Assembly: GCA_934130165.1 (NCBI GenBank)
Contig: CAKOXO010000005.1
Span: forward strand, 6,251 to 70,250
Reading direction: 5' to 3'
DNA from: an uncultured Bacilli bacterium
Lineage (GTDB): Bacteria; Bacillota_I; Bacilli_A; RF39; UBA660
Length of the DNA: 64,000 bases
Each line of letters begins with the position of its first letter. Position 1 is the stretch's first letter. Below the pieces are notes generated by a model. It did no database searches. It had not been told where the DNA came from and was given only the letters and a program-made list of their open reading frames with translations. This document shows positions 1-12,384 of the stretch, piece by piece. A program made the translations under genes and the position numbers.

Positions 1-2523
1 GAAACATTAGAAGTTATTGAAAAAATATTTGATTATACATTAGAAGATATAATGGGTGAAAGATTTGGTTCATATTCCAAATATATTATTCAGGATCGTG
101 CTATTCCTGATGCTAGAGATGGATTAAAACCAGTTCAAAGAAGAATTTTATATTCAATGTATAAAGAAAAAAATACTTATGATAAAGGATATCGTAAAAG
201 TGCGAAAACTGTTGGAGATGTTATAGGTAATTATCATCCTCATGGGGATACATCAATATATGATGCTATGGTTAGAATGAGTCAACCATGGAAAACTAGA
301 CTTCCATATATTGATATGCATGGTAATAATGGTTCTATAGATGGAGATAGTCCTGCTGCTTATCGTTATACTGAGGCTAGACTTTCAAAGATATCTAATG
401 AAATGCTTCGTGATATAGATAAAAATACAGTTTTATTTTCACCTAACTTTGATGATACAACAGAAGAACCTACAGTATTGCCAGCAAGATTTCCAGCACT
501 TTTAGTATATGGAGCTCAAGGTATTTCAGCAGGATATGCAACTAATATTCCACCACACAATTTAGGTGAGATAATAGATGCGACAATTCATAGAATTGAT
601 AATCCTAATTGTAGTTTAGATACTTTAATGAAATATGTAAAAGGGCCTGATTTTCCAACAGGTGGTATTGTAGAAGGTCTTAGTGGAATTAAACAAGCAT
701 ATGAAACTGGAAAAGGTAAAATAGTAATTAGAAGTCGTTATACTTTAGAAGAAGAAAAAGGAAAAACTTCTATTATCATAACAGAGATTCCATTTGAATC
801 TAATAAAGCTAATATGGTTAAAAAGATGGATGATATTAGAATAGATAAAAAAATAGATGGAATAGCAGAAGTTAGAGATGAGTCAGCAGCTGATGTTCGT
901 GTTGTTATTGAACTAAAAAAAGGTGCTAATAAAGATTTAATTTTAAACTATTTACTAAAAAACACTGATATGCAAATAAGTTATAACTTTAATATGGTTT
1001 CTATAGTAAATAAAAGACCTAAACTATTAGGACTTTGTGGGGCACTTGATGCTTTTATTGCCCATCAAAAGGAAGTAGTTACTCGTCGTACAGAGTTTGA
1101 TCTTCATCATGCTGAAGCTAGGCTTCATATTGTTGAGGGTTTAATAAAATGTATTTCAATATTAGACGAGGTTATTAAGGTTATTCGTGCTAGTAAAAAT
1201 AAGGGAGATGCCAAAGTTAATTTAGTAAAAGAATTTGACTTTTCAGAACGTCAAGCTGAGGCTATAGTAATGTTACAACTATATAGATTAACTAATACTG
1301 ATGTAGTTGAATTAGAAGAAGAAATGGCTAAATTAAAGAAGATAATTGAAGGCTTAACCTCAATACTTGGAGATGTTGAAGTGTTAAAATCAGTAATGAA
1401 GAAAGAATTACGTGATGTTAAGAAAAATTATCCAACACCACGTATGACTGATATAAAAGAAGAAATTACAGAAATAAAGATTGATACAACTGAAATGATT
1501 CCAAAAGAAGATGTAATAGTTATGATAACTAATGATGGCTATATCAAACGTACTAGCTTTAGAAGTTATTCGGCAAGTAGTGATGATTTGCCAACATTAA
1601 AAGATAATGATTATATTATTGGACAATATGAAATGTCTACTCTAGATACATTGTTAGTATTTACAACAGGAGGAAATTATTTATATATTCCAGTACATAC
1701 TATCTTTGATATAAAATGGAAGGATATGGGAAAACATGTTTCTAATTTAATAGAAATAAATCCTGGAGAAAAAATAGTTTCTGCCATACCTATATATTCA
1801 TTTGATACAGATACTAATATAGTTATTGCTTCACAAAATGGTATGATTAAGCGTAGTAAAGTAAGTGATTTTAAATTAACTAGGTATTCCAAACCAGTTA
1901 GTTGTATGAAATTAAAAGATGATGATAAGGTAATTGATGCATTCCTAGAAAAGGAAAATACAGTTTTCTTAACTACAAACTCTGGATATGGATTAAGTTT
2001 TAAAACTTCTGATATACCTGTTGTAGGAGTAAAAGCTAGTGGTGTTAAATCTATGAAATTAAAAGATGATAAAATAGTTTCAATAAATAATTTTGATTAT
2101 AACAAGAGCGAATTTATCTCTATAATAACAGATAAGGGTACAGGAAAAAGAGTAAGATTAAATGAATTTCCTCTATCCTCTAGAGCGTTAAGAGGCTTAT
2201 TAGTATTAAGAGAGGTAAAAACTAATCCATATAAAGTATTAAAAACATTTATAATAGATAATAAAAAACATATAGGAATTAAAAATGGCGATATCAATGT
2301 ATTAAAAGTAACTGAACTTCCTATTCTTGATCGTTATTCTACAGGCAGTCAAATTTCAAAAAAAGAATTGGAAGATGCTTTTGTTATTAGTGAATTAGAA
2401 AAAAAAGAAGAAAATGTTTTAAGTGAGAAAGAAGAAACTGAAGAAGCAATTCCTAAAAGAGAGAAAATATCATTAAAAGAAATTGATGATAGATTAATGA
2501 CTATAGATGATTTTCTAAATTAA
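1..2523 (+). CDS. parC: DNA topoisomerase IV subunit A (ParC), 5'-truncated at window edge
   Basis: In-frame coding from nt 1. N-terminus ...LEDIMGERFGSYSKYIIQDRAIPDARDGLKPVQRRILY matches the ParC/GyrA N-terminal region. The frame is open upstream of the first ATG at 52. Confidence 0.85.
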   Translation, partial: ETLEVIEKIFDYTLEDIMGERFGSYSKYIIQDRAIPDARDGLKPVQRRILYSMYKEKNTYDKGYRKSAKTVGDVIGNYHPHGDTSIYDAMVRMSQPWKTRLPYIDMHGNNGSIDGDSPAAYRYTEARLSKISNEMLRDIDKNTVLFSPNFDDTTEEPTVLPARFPALLVYGAQGISAGYATNIPPHNLGEIIDATIHRIDNPNCSLDTLMKYVKGPDFPTGGIVEGLSGIKQAYETGKGKIVIRSRYTLEEEKGKTSIIITEIPFESNKANMVKKMDDIRIDKKIDGIAEVRDESAADVRVVIELKKGANKDLILNYLLKNTDMQISYNFNMVSIVNKRPKLLGLCGALDAFIAHQKEVVTRRTEFDLHHAEARLHIVEGLIKCISILDEVIKVIRASKNKGDAKVNLVKEFDFSERQAEAIVMLQLYRLTNTDVVELEEEMAKLKKIIEGLTSILGDVEVLKSVMKKELRDVKKNYPTPRMTDIKEEITEIKIDTTEMIPKEDVIVMITNDGYIKRTSFRSYSASSDDLPTLKDNDYIIGQYEMSTLDTLLVFTTGGNYLYIPVHTIFDIKWKDMGKHVSNLIEINPGEKIVSAIPIYSFDTDTNIVIASQNGMIKRSKVSDFKLTRYSKPVSCMKLKDDDKVIDAFLEKENTVFLTTNSGYGLSFKTSDIPVVGVKASGVKSMKLKDDKIVSINNFDYNKSEFISIITDKGTGKRVRLNEFPLSSRALRGLLVLREVKTNPYKVLKTFIIDNKKHIGIKNGDINVLKVTELPILDRYSTGSQISKKELEDAFVISELEKKEENVLSEKEETEEAIPKREKISLKEIDDRLMTIDDFLN

Positions 2524-2529
2524 TATAAA

Positions 2530-2557
2530 AATAAGTGGTAAGCACTTATTTTTTTTC
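2530..2557 (+). terminator. Rho-independent terminator after parC
   Basis: Stem ataagtg / cacttat with loop gtaag, followed by a T-run. Confidence 0.6.
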
Positions 2558-2579
2558 ATATATATTATTAGGTGATTAT

Positions 2580-2936
2580 ATGTCTAAAGATTTATTTAAA
2601 AAATTTGTAAGACTACATCCAGAATTAGGTAATAGTGTAATGGATAACAAAACAAGTTGGCAAAAATTATATGAATTATATGAAATGTATGGTGAAGAAA
2701 GTAATGTTTGGGATAAATATTTATCAACAAATAAAATAGTTGAGCAAACAAAATCAAATGAAACATCTTTTGGTGATTTAATAAATATGATAAGAAATGT
2801 TGATTTGGAGTCAGTTCAAAAGGGAGTAAATAACCTTCAAAAAACAATAGGATTACTTCAAGATATTGGTATAGGAACAAAGACTAAAACACCTAATTAT
2901 GAACCAAGACCAATGTATAGATACTTTGATGATTAA
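2580..2936 (+). CDS. hypothetical protein (118 aa)
   Basis: ATG at 2580 preceded by RBS AGGTGA, whereas the ORF-track start at 2535 lies inside the parC terminator. Its stop overlaps the next start (TAATG). Confidence 0.5.
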   Translation: MSKDLFKKFVRLHPELGNSVMDNKTSWQKLYELYEMYGEESNVWDKYLSTNKIVEQTKSNETSFGDLINMIRNVDLESVQKGVNNLQKTIGLLQDIGIGTKTKTPNYEPRPMYRYFDD

Positions 2937-3157
2937 TGGATGTTAAAACACAAATAATCATAAGAAGTAATCCTAATATTTATAAATATTTAAGAGAATA
3001 TTCCTATTGGTATAAAATGCTTAATAGAAATCCAGAAAGTATTAAAGATCTAGAAATAGAGATGAAAAATAAATATAAATTAACTACCGAAGATAAATTA
3101 GAAAAAATTAATAATAGTATGAGCCTAATCAGAAGTTTTATGGATGTATTAAAATAA
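2936..3157 (+). CDS. hypothetical small protein (73 aa)
   Basis: Translationally coupled to the upstream ORF through a TAATG overlap. A terminator follows immediately. Confidence 0.4.
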   Translation: MDVKTQIIIRSNPNIYKYLREYSYWYKMLNRNPESIKDLEIEMKNKYKLTTEDKLEKINNSMSLIRSFMDVLK

Positions 3158-3186
3158 AAGGAAATTGCTAAATTTCCTTTTATTTG
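3157..3186 (+). terminator. Rho-independent terminator
   Basis: Stem aaaggaaatt / aatttccttt with loop gcta, followed by tatttg. Confidence 0.6.
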
Positions 3187-3209
3187 TTATACTTTAAAAG
3201 GTGAATAAT

Positions 3210-3503
3210 ATGGAAGAGTTATTGAACAGATTAGACAAATTAAAAAAAGAACTAGATAATTTGCCTCTTTTTAAAGAACTTGATTTATGTAGACAAAATA
3301 TCAGTAATAATAAAGAACTTGTAGAAAAAATAGAAAAATATAATTTAACAAAAAATAATAGTTTAAGGCTTGAAATTTATAGTTATAAAGAAATTCAAGA
3401 ATATAAAGAAAAAGAAAATGAATTAAATTTAATGATATTAGAAATAAATAAGAAATTAAAAACCATTACTAATAAAAGGAGTTGTCATAATGAAAGTAAT
3501 TAG
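3210..3503 (+). CDS. hypothetical coiled-coil protein, possibly YlbF/YmcA-like
   Basis: ATG at 3210 with RBS AAAGGTGA 6 nt upstream (the track start at 3201 is a GTG inside the RBS). Helical, charged sequence. Family assignment is a weak guess. Confidence 0.4.
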   Translation: MEELLNRLDKLKKELDNLPLFKELDLCRQNISNNKELVEKIEKYNLTKNNSLRLEIYSYKEIQEYKEKENELNLMILEINKKLKTITNKRSCHNESN

Positions 3504-4032
3504 TGGTATTTTAAAGGGGAGAAAAATTGATGGGTATAATCTAGATGGCACAAGACCTACAATGGATAGAGTAAAAGAAAGTCTTTTTGCAATGATTCAA
3601 AATTATATAGATGAAAGTATCTGTCTTGATTTATTTGCTGGTAGTGGTAATCTAGGGATAGAAGCAATAAGTGAAGGCGCTAATTTTGTATACTTCAATG
3701 ATAACAATAAAAAAGCTGTTGAAGTGATAAAAAGTAATATAAAGAATTTTAATATCATAGAAAAATCTAAAGTTTTAAATATGAATTATAAAAAAGTGCT
3801 AAATGAATTAAATGGTCAAAAAATAGATATAATATTTCTTGATCCTCCGTATAAAACTAACTATATAGAGGAGAGTATAAAAATAATTAATTCTAATAAT
3901 TTATTAAGTAATACTGGTATTATTGTATGTGAAAGCAGTGATTTAAATAAAATAATATATACTGATGATTTTCAAATTTTAAAAGAAAAGAAATATGGAG
4001 ATAAGTGGGTAGTAATACTAGGAAAAATATGA
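3490..4032 (+). CDS. rsmD: 16S rRNA (guanine966-N2)-methyltransferase RsmD
   Basis: LFAGSGNLGIEAISEGA ... IIFLDPPY motifs of the RsmD family. Size about 180 aa. Confidence 0.8.
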   Translation: MKVISGILKGRKIDGYNLDGTRPTMDRVKESLFAMIQNYIDESICLDLFAGSGNLGIEAISEGANFVYFNDNNKKAVEVIKSNIKNFNIIEKSKVLNMNYKKVLNELNGQKIDIIFLDPPYKTNYIEESIKIINSNNLLSNTGIIVCESSDLNKIIYTDDFQILKEKKYGDKWVVILGKI

Positions 4033-4062
4033 TATTATTGTGATAATAGGGATAGTGATAGT

Positions 4063-5313
4063 GTGAGAAAATTAAATAATAAAGGCTTTGCTATAGGTAC
4101 AATTTTATATGGTTTATTAATAGTAATGGTACTTCTTATGTCATTATTAATGAGTACTATGGCATTTGGACGTAGCAATAGTAAAAAATATGTTGATGAA
4201 GTAATTGATAAACTAGAAATGAGATATGATACTCAAGGTAGATGTAATCTTGCCAGTGATAGCTTACAAATAATGGGATTGCCAGTTGGTGTAGAATGTA
4301 AATTATATGATTTAAGTAATAAAGAAATTGAATCAAGTAATAAATATTCCTGGACTATATATAACATATATAATCCAAACTACCCAACGCCAAAATTAAC
4401 CACAACACCTAAATTAGATAATACTGAAAACATTTATTTAATAAATTTACATGTAACACTAATACCTACAAGCAGAAAATATAAACGTGCTACAGCAAAT
4501 ATAGAAAATATAAGGTTAAAAAAAATATCAGGTAATATAGATTTAAATGGAGAAAATTCTAATACAGGAATATTCAAATCAAAAAAAGAGTGTGGAGATC
4601 AATATAACAGGTGTGATGATAGTTGGATACCTATTACAGATAAACCAAAGAAAGATGAAACTGGATTTCTATTTTACAAAGTTAATGAAAATGAGTCTCT
4701 TCCTTTTTATGTTATTGATCAAGAAAAATCTAATGGTGATATTTATTTAACACTAATTTCAGCAAAGGATATTACTCAGTCAATCTGGTATAGAGGTATT
4801 AATATAGCTGGACCAATAGCAGCAATGAATTCCCTTCAAAAAGCAACAGCATCATGGAATAATGTTTCACAAAATTCATTTAATATGGGTGTAGACGAAT
4901 TTAAAAATAACAAATTTACTGGGTGTAGTGATAATAAATGTACAAAAAATACATATACAAAAACTTTTTCTTCCCAAAAAGCTCGCTTGATTACAGTGCA
5001 AGAAGCAATGGATTTAGGTTGCAGATTTTGGAATGAAAGCAATTCACATGCGTCTTGCCCATTTTATTTGTATAACAATTTATTTTCATCTAAGAGTTAT
5101 AATGGTACTAGTAATGATACAACAGCAGGGATAGGATATTGGACAATGAATGCAGATAGCGAATATAAAAACAATGCTATAGCTATTTTTTCATCAGGTG
5201 ATATTGGTGGTAAGAATGCACACACTGGATGTTATGATTCAAATGAATGTGGCACTAATGAACACGCTAAAGGAATAAGACCTGTTATAAAAATTAAATA
5301 TACAGAAGATTAA
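4063..5313 (+). CDS. membrane-anchored Cys-rich protein with prepilin-like N-terminus (non-canonical)
   Basis: GTG start. N-terminus MRKLNNKG|FAIGTILYGLLIVMVLL resembles a prepilin leader plus hydrophobic helix but lacks Glu+5. It shares 15 identical nt (aataataaaggcttt) with the pilin gene at 24661. The C-terminal domain contains many Cys. Confidence 0.45.
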   Translation: MRKLNNKGFAIGTILYGLLIVMVLLMSLLMSTMAFGRSNSKKYVDEVIDKLEMRYDTQGRCNLASDSLQIMGLPVGVECKLYDLSNKEIESSNKYSWTIYNIYNPNYPTPKLTTTPKLDNTENIYLINLHVTLIPTSRKYKRATANIENIRLKKISGNIDLNGENSNTGIFKSKKECGDQYNRCDDSWIPITDKPKKDETGFLFYKVNENESLPFYVIDQEKSNGDIYLTLISAKDITQSIWYRGINIAGPIAAMNSLQKATASWNNVSQNSFNMGVDEFKNNKFTGCSDNKCTKNTYTKTFSSQKARLITVQEAMDLGCRFWNESNSHASCPFYLYNNLFSSKSYNGTSNDTTAGIGYWTMNADSEYKNNAIAIFSSGDIGGKNAHTGCYDSNECGTNEHAKGIRPVIKIKYTED

Positions 5314-5318
5314 ATTAA

Positions 5319-5346
5319 TTAGCACTTTGGTATTGACAAGTGCTAA
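5319..5346 (+). promoter_or_regulatory. CIRCE operator 1 (HrcA binding site) overlapping the -35 region
   Basis: TTAGCACTT-N10-AAGTGCTAA inverted repeat matching the CIRCE consensus TTAGCACTC-N9-GAGTGCTAA. Confidence 0.8.
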
Positions 5347-5362
5347 TTTTTTGTCATATAAT
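5333..5362 (+). promoter_or_regulatory. sigma-A type promoter of the hrcA operon
   Basis: TTGACA (5333-5338), 18 nt spacer, TATAAT (5357-5362). Confidence 0.7.
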
Positions 5363-5366
5363 ACAG

Positions 5367-5393
5367 TTAGCACTCATAAAATAATAGTGCTAG
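5367..5393 (+). promoter_or_regulatory. CIRCE operator 2
   Basis: TTAGCACTC-ATAAAATAA-TAGTGCTAG, a near-perfect CIRCE with 9-nt spacer, between the -10 and the RBS. Confidence 0.85.
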
Positions 5394-5403
5394 GAGGTGT
5401 AGA

Positions 5404-6402
5404 ATGTTAACTAAAAGACAAGAAGATATTCTAAAGCTGATAGTTGAACATTATATTAAACTAGCAAAACCAATTGGTTCAAAATTAATTTGTAAAAAAT
5501 TAAAGTGTTCAAGTGCTACAGTGAGAAATGAAATGGCAACACTTGAAAATGTTGGACTTTTGGAAAAAACACATACTTCCTCTGGTAGAATTCCTAGTGA
5601 AGAAGGTTACAGATATTATGTTGATAATCTAATGGAATTAAAAAAAATGAATGCTGAAGATATGCTGAAGCTTCAAATGATATTTAGAAATCAGCAATTA
5701 CCGTTAGCAGATTGTATTACCAAAAGTTTACAAATAATATCTGATATGACTAGTTATGCAACTATAGCTTTAGGAACAAATTCACATGAAAATTTACTTA
5801 AACAAATTGAAGCAGTCCCAATCGATGAAAATAATATAGTTGTAATTGTAATTACAGATAAAGGTCATGTAGAACACAAAGAAATGAGATTGGAAGATAT
5901 TTCTTTGGAAGAAATTAAAAAAACAGTTAACTTAATTAATAATCTTATAATAGGAACTCCAATAGATGAGGTTAGTGCTAAACTAGAATATGAAGTAAAA
6001 CCTATAATAGGAAAATATGTAGTTCAACATGAACAATTATATAATGCTTTCTACAACGTATTTTCTGATTTTTCGACTAAAAATAGTGATATAAATATAG
6101 TTGGTCGTACAAAATTCTTGGAACAACCTGAATTTGGAAATATTGAAAAAATTAAAAATATTTTTAATAAGTTGGATGATAGTGAAACTTTAAGAGAAAT
6201 TAGAGAAGATGGAGATAATAATATTAAAGTATTCATTGGTAGTGAAAATAATATTGATGATGATGTTACTGTTATTAAAACTAAATTCACTAATGGATTA
6301 GAGGAAGGAACTATTGCTATTGTAGGACCTAAGAGAATGGATTATGAAAGAGTTGTTTCAATGTTGGAATTTTTAAAAGAAAATATAGAAAGTGATAATT
6401 AA
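5404..6402 (+). CDS. hrcA: heat-inducible transcription repressor HrcA
   Basis: N-terminal winged-HTH region LTKRQEDILKLIVEHYIKLAKPIGSKLI...TVRNEMATLENVGLLEKTHTSSGRIPSEEGYRYYVD. CIRCE elements lie upstream and grpE-dnaK downstream. Confidence 0.9.
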   Translation: MLTKRQEDILKLIVEHYIKLAKPIGSKLICKKLKCSSATVRNEMATLENVGLLEKTHTSSGRIPSEEGYRYYVDNLMELKKMNAEDMLKLQMIFRNQQLPLADCITKSLQIISDMTSYATIALGTNSHENLLKQIEAVPIDENNIVVIVITDKGHVEHKEMRLEDISLEEIKKTVNLINNLIIGTPIDEVSAKLEYEVKPIIGKYVVQHEQLYNAFYNVFSDFSTKNSDINIVGRTKFLEQPEFGNIEKIKNIFNKLDDSETLREIREDGDNNIKVFIGSENNIDDDVTVIKTKFTNGLEEGTIAIVGPKRMDYERVVSMLEFLKENIESDN

Positions 6403-6415
6403 AAGAGGTGAAGAG

Positions 6416-8877
<2,462 letters not shown>

Positions 8878-8892
8878 TAATAAGTAACATAA

Positions 8893-8924
8893 GTGAAGTT
8901 CTAGGAAACTAGAACTTTTCACTG
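8893..8924 (+). terminator. putative terminator after dnaK
   Basis: Inverted repeat gtgaagttctag-gaaa-ctagaacttttcac. The T-run is weak. Confidence 0.45.
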
Positions 8925-8942
8925 ATATATGAAAGGATAATT

Positions 8943-10742
8943 ATGGAAATACTAACACGTAAAGAAATAAAAAAAGAAGATAAATGGAATATAGATGCGG
9001 TATATGGAAGTATTGAAGAATTTAATAATGATGTAGACTTATTAGAAAAAGAGTTAGATAAACTTGTCTATATGGAGAAAAATTTTCTTTCTAATTCAAA
9101 AGAATTTAGTAATTTTTTTATTCAGGATGAGAAAGTATCAAGATTACTTGAAAAACTTTATATTTACGCTAATTGTAAAAATGATGAGGATAAGGGAAAT
9201 AGTGTGTATCAAGAATTAAAGGGAAAAATAATTAATTTATTTGCTCTTTACAATGAAAAGACATCATCTGTTATTCCTAAAATTATACAAGAAGATACTG
9301 AAACTATTAATAGATATGTTTTAGAACAAGAGTCATTAAAACCATATAAACACTTCTTTGAAACTATTATCAATAGAAAAATTCATACTTTAGATGAAAA
9401 AGTAGAAAAAGTATTATCTATGTATCAGCCAGTTTTATCAGCCTCTGGTCAAACATCATCATATCTAACAAATGCAGATTTGAAGCTAGGGATGATTAAG
9501 GATGAAGATGGTAATGATGTTTCCTTAACAGAAGCAAATTACTCTACTTATATAAAATCACCTAATAGAGATGTTAGAAAACAAGCATTTAAGAATTTGT
9601 ATTCTGCATATAGTGGAGTTATTAATACTTTGTCATCAACATATTCAACTACTGTTAATATGGATTCTATAACCGCAAAACTTAGAAATTATGATAATTC
9701 TATTTCAATGTATTTAAATCCTAATAAAATACCAATTGAATTATATAATAATTTAATTAGTGTTGTAAGAAATAATTTAGATACTTTGTATGATTATTAT
9801 GACTTAAAGAAAGATATTTTGAATTTAGATGAATTTCATTTATATGACTCATATGCTAAAGTAATAAAGGATAATGATAGAAAGTATACTTTTGATGAAG
9901 CAAAAGATATTGTTATTAAAGCTTTAAGTGTTTATGGTGATGAGTATATTAATGTATTAAAAACGGCTTTTTCTGATGGTTGGATAGATAAATATCCTAA
10001 TAAGGGTAAAAAGTCAGGTGCATACTCTACGGGTAGTGTTGATACAATGCCTTATGTATTATTAAACTTTACTGGTGATTATAACGATGTTTCAACACTT
10101 GCTCATGAATTAGGTCATTCTATGCATTCATATTTTACAGTGAAAAATAATCCATATATAACTGCAGATTATCCTATCTTTTTAGCAGAAATCGCATCAA
10201 CTACTAATGAATTATTATTGAGTCATTATATGTATGAACATTCTACAAGTAAAGATGAAAAATTGTCTATTTTAAATGAAAAACTTGATTTATTTAAAGC
10301 AACAATTTATCGTCAAACCATGTTTGCTGAATTTGAAAAAAATGCTCATGATTATGTTGATAGTGGCAATATTCTAACGAAAGATTATTTAGATGATATG
10401 TATTATGATTTAAATAAAACATATTTTGGACCCAATGTAGTTATAGATGAAGATATAAAATATGAATGGGCTAGAATTCCACATTTCTATACTCCATTTT
10501 ACGTATATCAATATGCTACAAGTTTATCTATTTCATGTTATGTAGCTTTAAATATTATCAATAAAACTCCTGGATTTGTTGAAAAATATTTAGAATTTTT
10601 ACAATCAGGCGGAAGGGATTATCCTTTAGAAGTTTTGAAAATTATTGATGTTGATTTAAAAGATACTAAAGTATTTGAAAGTGCTTTGAAAGATTTTAAA
10701 AACACATTAGATGAATTTAAAAAAAATTATTATGAGAAGTAG
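8943..10742 (+). CDS. pepF: oligoendopeptidase F (M3B family)
   Basis: [11 protein letters not shown] HExxH zinc motif. The roughly 600 aa length and overall similarity are typical of PepF. Confidence 0.85.
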   Translation: MEILTRKEIKKEDKWNIDAVYGSIEEFNNDVDLLEKELDKLVYMEKNFLSNSKEFSNFFIQDEKVSRLLEKLYIYANCKNDEDKGNSVYQELKGKIINLFALYNEKTSSVIPKIIQEDTETINRYVLEQESLKPYKHFFETIINRKIHTLDEKVEKVLSMYQPVLSASGQTSSYLTNADLKLGMIKDEDGNDVSLTEANYSTYIKSPNRDVRKQAFKNLYSAYSGVINTLSSTYSTTVNMDSITAKLRNYDNSISMYLNPNKIPIELYNNLISVVRNNLDTLYDYYDLKKDILNLDEFHLYDSYAKVIKDNDRKYTFDEAKDIVIKALSVYGDEYINVLKTAFSDGWIDKYPNKGKKSGAYSTGSVDTMPYVLLNFTGDYNDVSTLAHELGHSMHSYFTVKNNPYITADYPIFLAEIASTTNELLLSHYMYEHSTSKDEKLSILNEKLDLFKATIYRQTMFAEFEKNAHDYVDSGNILTKDYLDDMYYDLNKTYFGPNVVIDEDIKYEWARIPHFYTPFYVYQYATSLSISCYVALNIINKTPGFVEKYLEFLQSGGRDYPLEVLKIIDVDLKDTKVFESALKDFKNTLDEFKKNYYEK

Positions 10743-10753
10743 GAGGTATAAAA

Positions 10754-11896
10754 ATGGCAGATAAAAGAGATTATTATGAGGTTTTAGGGGTTAGTAAAAC
10801 TGCTTCTGAACAAGAAATAAAAAGTGCTTTTAGAAAAAAGGCTAAACAATACCATCCAGATTTAAATAAAGACAATCCAGATGCTGCTGAAAAGTTTAAA
10901 GAAGCTCAAGAAGCTTATGAAGTTTTATCTGATGAGCAAAAAAGAAAAATGTATGATCAATATGGCCATGCCGGTGTATCAGGATCAGCATCTTCAGGAT
11001 TTGGTGGTTTTGGTGGTGCCGGATTTGATGCTAGTGACTTTGATTTTGGTGATATTTTTGATAATATCTTCGGTGGTGGATTTGGTGGATTCACATCAAA
11101 CGGAAGAAGTTCAAAATCACGTGCTAGTAGAGGTTCAGATTTACTTATGAGAATAAATCTTAGTTTCGATGAGGCTATATATGGTTGTGAAAAAGATATA
11201 AACTTAGATGTAGTAGAAGAATGTAGTGAATGTCACGGAGAAGGAGGATTTGATCCTGAAACCTGTGAAAGATGTCATGGAAGTGGAACAATTACAACTG
11301 AACAACATACTATCTTAGGATCATTTGTTTCTAAAACTACTTGCCCTTCATGTCAAGGTGAAGGTAAAATCTTTAAAACAAAGTGTAACACTTGTCGTGG
11401 AAAGGGTAGAGTAAAGAAAAACAAAACCATAACCGTTAATGTTCCCGCAGGTATAGATAATGGTAATAGACTTAGAGTATCTGGAAAGGGAAATCCTGGA
11501 ACAAACGGGGGCCCTAATGGGGACTTATATTTAGAGTTCTATGTTGAGGAGCATGAATACTTTGTAAGAGATGGTGATGATATCTATCTAGAGGTACCAA
11601 TTACTATTACTGAGGCTATATTAGGTTGTAAAAAAACAATTCCTACATTATATGGCAATGTTAAATTAACAATACCAGCAGGAGTTGATTCAGGAGATAA
11701 ACAACGTATAAGAGGAAAAGGAATTGATAATAAAAATAAAGGCTCAAAAGGTAATATGTACGTAATTATGAAAGTCATTACACCTAAAAAACTTTCTAGA
11801 GAGCAAAAGAAACTTATAGAATCATTAAATAACACTAAATTGGATGATACTGTGATTAGTAAGTTTAATAAATTTACAGAAAAAAACGGAAAATAA
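10754..11896 (+). CDS. dnaJ: molecular chaperone DnaJ
   Basis: J-domain (DYYEVLGV...HPDLNK), a Gly/Phe-rich linker, and four CxxCxGxG zinc-finger repeats. Confidence 0.95.
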   Translation: MADKRDYYEVLGVSKTASEQEIKSAFRKKAKQYHPDLNKDNPDAAEKFKEAQEAYEVLSDEQKRKMYDQYGHAGVSGSASSGFGGFGGAGFDASDFDFGDIFDNIFGGGFGGFTSNGRSSKSRASRGSDLLMRINLSFDEAIYGCEKDINLDVVEECSECHGEGGFDPETCERCHGSGTITTEQHTILGSFVSKTTCPSCQGEGKIFKTKCNTCRGKGRVKKNKTITVNVPAGIDNGNRLRVSGKGNPGTNGGPNGDLYLEFYVEEHEYFVRDGDDIYLEVPITITEAILGCKKTIPTLYGNVKLTIPAGVDSGDKQRIRGKGIDNKNKGSKGNMYVIMKVITPKKLSREQKKLIESLNNTKLDDTVISKFNKFTEKNGK

Positions 11897-11945
11897 GCTA
11901 TTATTTTCTTTTTTTATTCCATAAAAAAACTAGCTTTGCTAGTAT

Positions 11946-12353
11946 TTATACTTCTTTATATAAAACTAGTTTCTTGCTAGAGTTTTGCATTTCTTTCTTC
12001 ATTTCAATATAATCAGCACCAAGTGCCTTTTGTGTAGGTTCATTACCTATTTCAACGATGGCAACATCTTCATCAGTATTTAAATTATCTAAACCATCAT
12101 GAAAGTATTCTTTAGCCTTTTTCCATCCAAATCTTAGGGAATAACAAGCTATTGCATGATATGTTTTATCATCTATATCTTTTGATATAACAGAGCCTAA
12201 TTTGTTAGAATCGCCTTTTTCTAATTCACTAAAGCCCATATCTACAAGCTTTCTTGTATATACTGAATCACTGATACCTTCCTTATTGATTGCAAAAACA
12301 ACGTGTTTTTCTTCACAGTTAAAAATAGATCCAAACTTGACTTTTTTAATCAT
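11946..12353 (-). CDS. hypothetical protein, possibly macro-domain-like
   Basis: 135 aa. Weak resemblance to the Af1521-type macro domain (GSIFNCEEKHVVFAINKEG ... HAIACYSL). Uncertain. Confidence 0.35.
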   Translation of the reverse strand: MIKKVKFGSIFNCEEKHVVFAINKEGISDSVYTRKLVDMGFSELEKGDSNKLGSVISKDIDDKTYHAIACYSLRFGWKKAKEYFHDGLDNLNTDEDVAIVEIGNEPTQKALGADYIEMKKEMQNSSKKLVLYKEV

Positions 12354-12384
12354 ATAAACCCTCCTGACAGTTCTATATTATACA

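Noticed and set aside
1677-2297. Antisense ORFs (1677..1892 -, 2097..2297 -) inside parC. Similar internal or antisense ORFs appear at 2596..2880, 4547..4750, 4836..5042, 6051..6290, 6329..6526, 10881..11150, 11584..11835, 12398..12967, 15701..15922, 16224..16457, 17494..17769, 22988..23323, 28745..28936, 30769..30969, 32791..33582, 34282..34969, 35225..35449, 36873..37466, 37985..38203, 42630..42812, 44442..44672, 47413..47712, 56330..56512, 58205..58468 and 61566..61886.
   Set aside because: Each is fully contained in, or antisense to, a well-supported conserved gene. Their composition is low-complexity (Leu/Phe/Ile-rich), as expected from AT-rich antisense frames, and none has an RBS.
6392-6415. 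ORF-track starts at GTG or TTG codons upstream of better ATG starts (6392 grpE, 14129, 29156 mutS, 32204 xseA, 39034 spoIIM, 26931, 28551, 3201, 2535, 42012, 43498, 44387, 50169, 51645, 59963).
   Set aside because: In each case the alternative start lies inside the Shine-Dalgarno sequence or the upstream terminator. An ATG with correct RBS spacing, matching the conserved N-terminus of the family, lies a few codons downstream.
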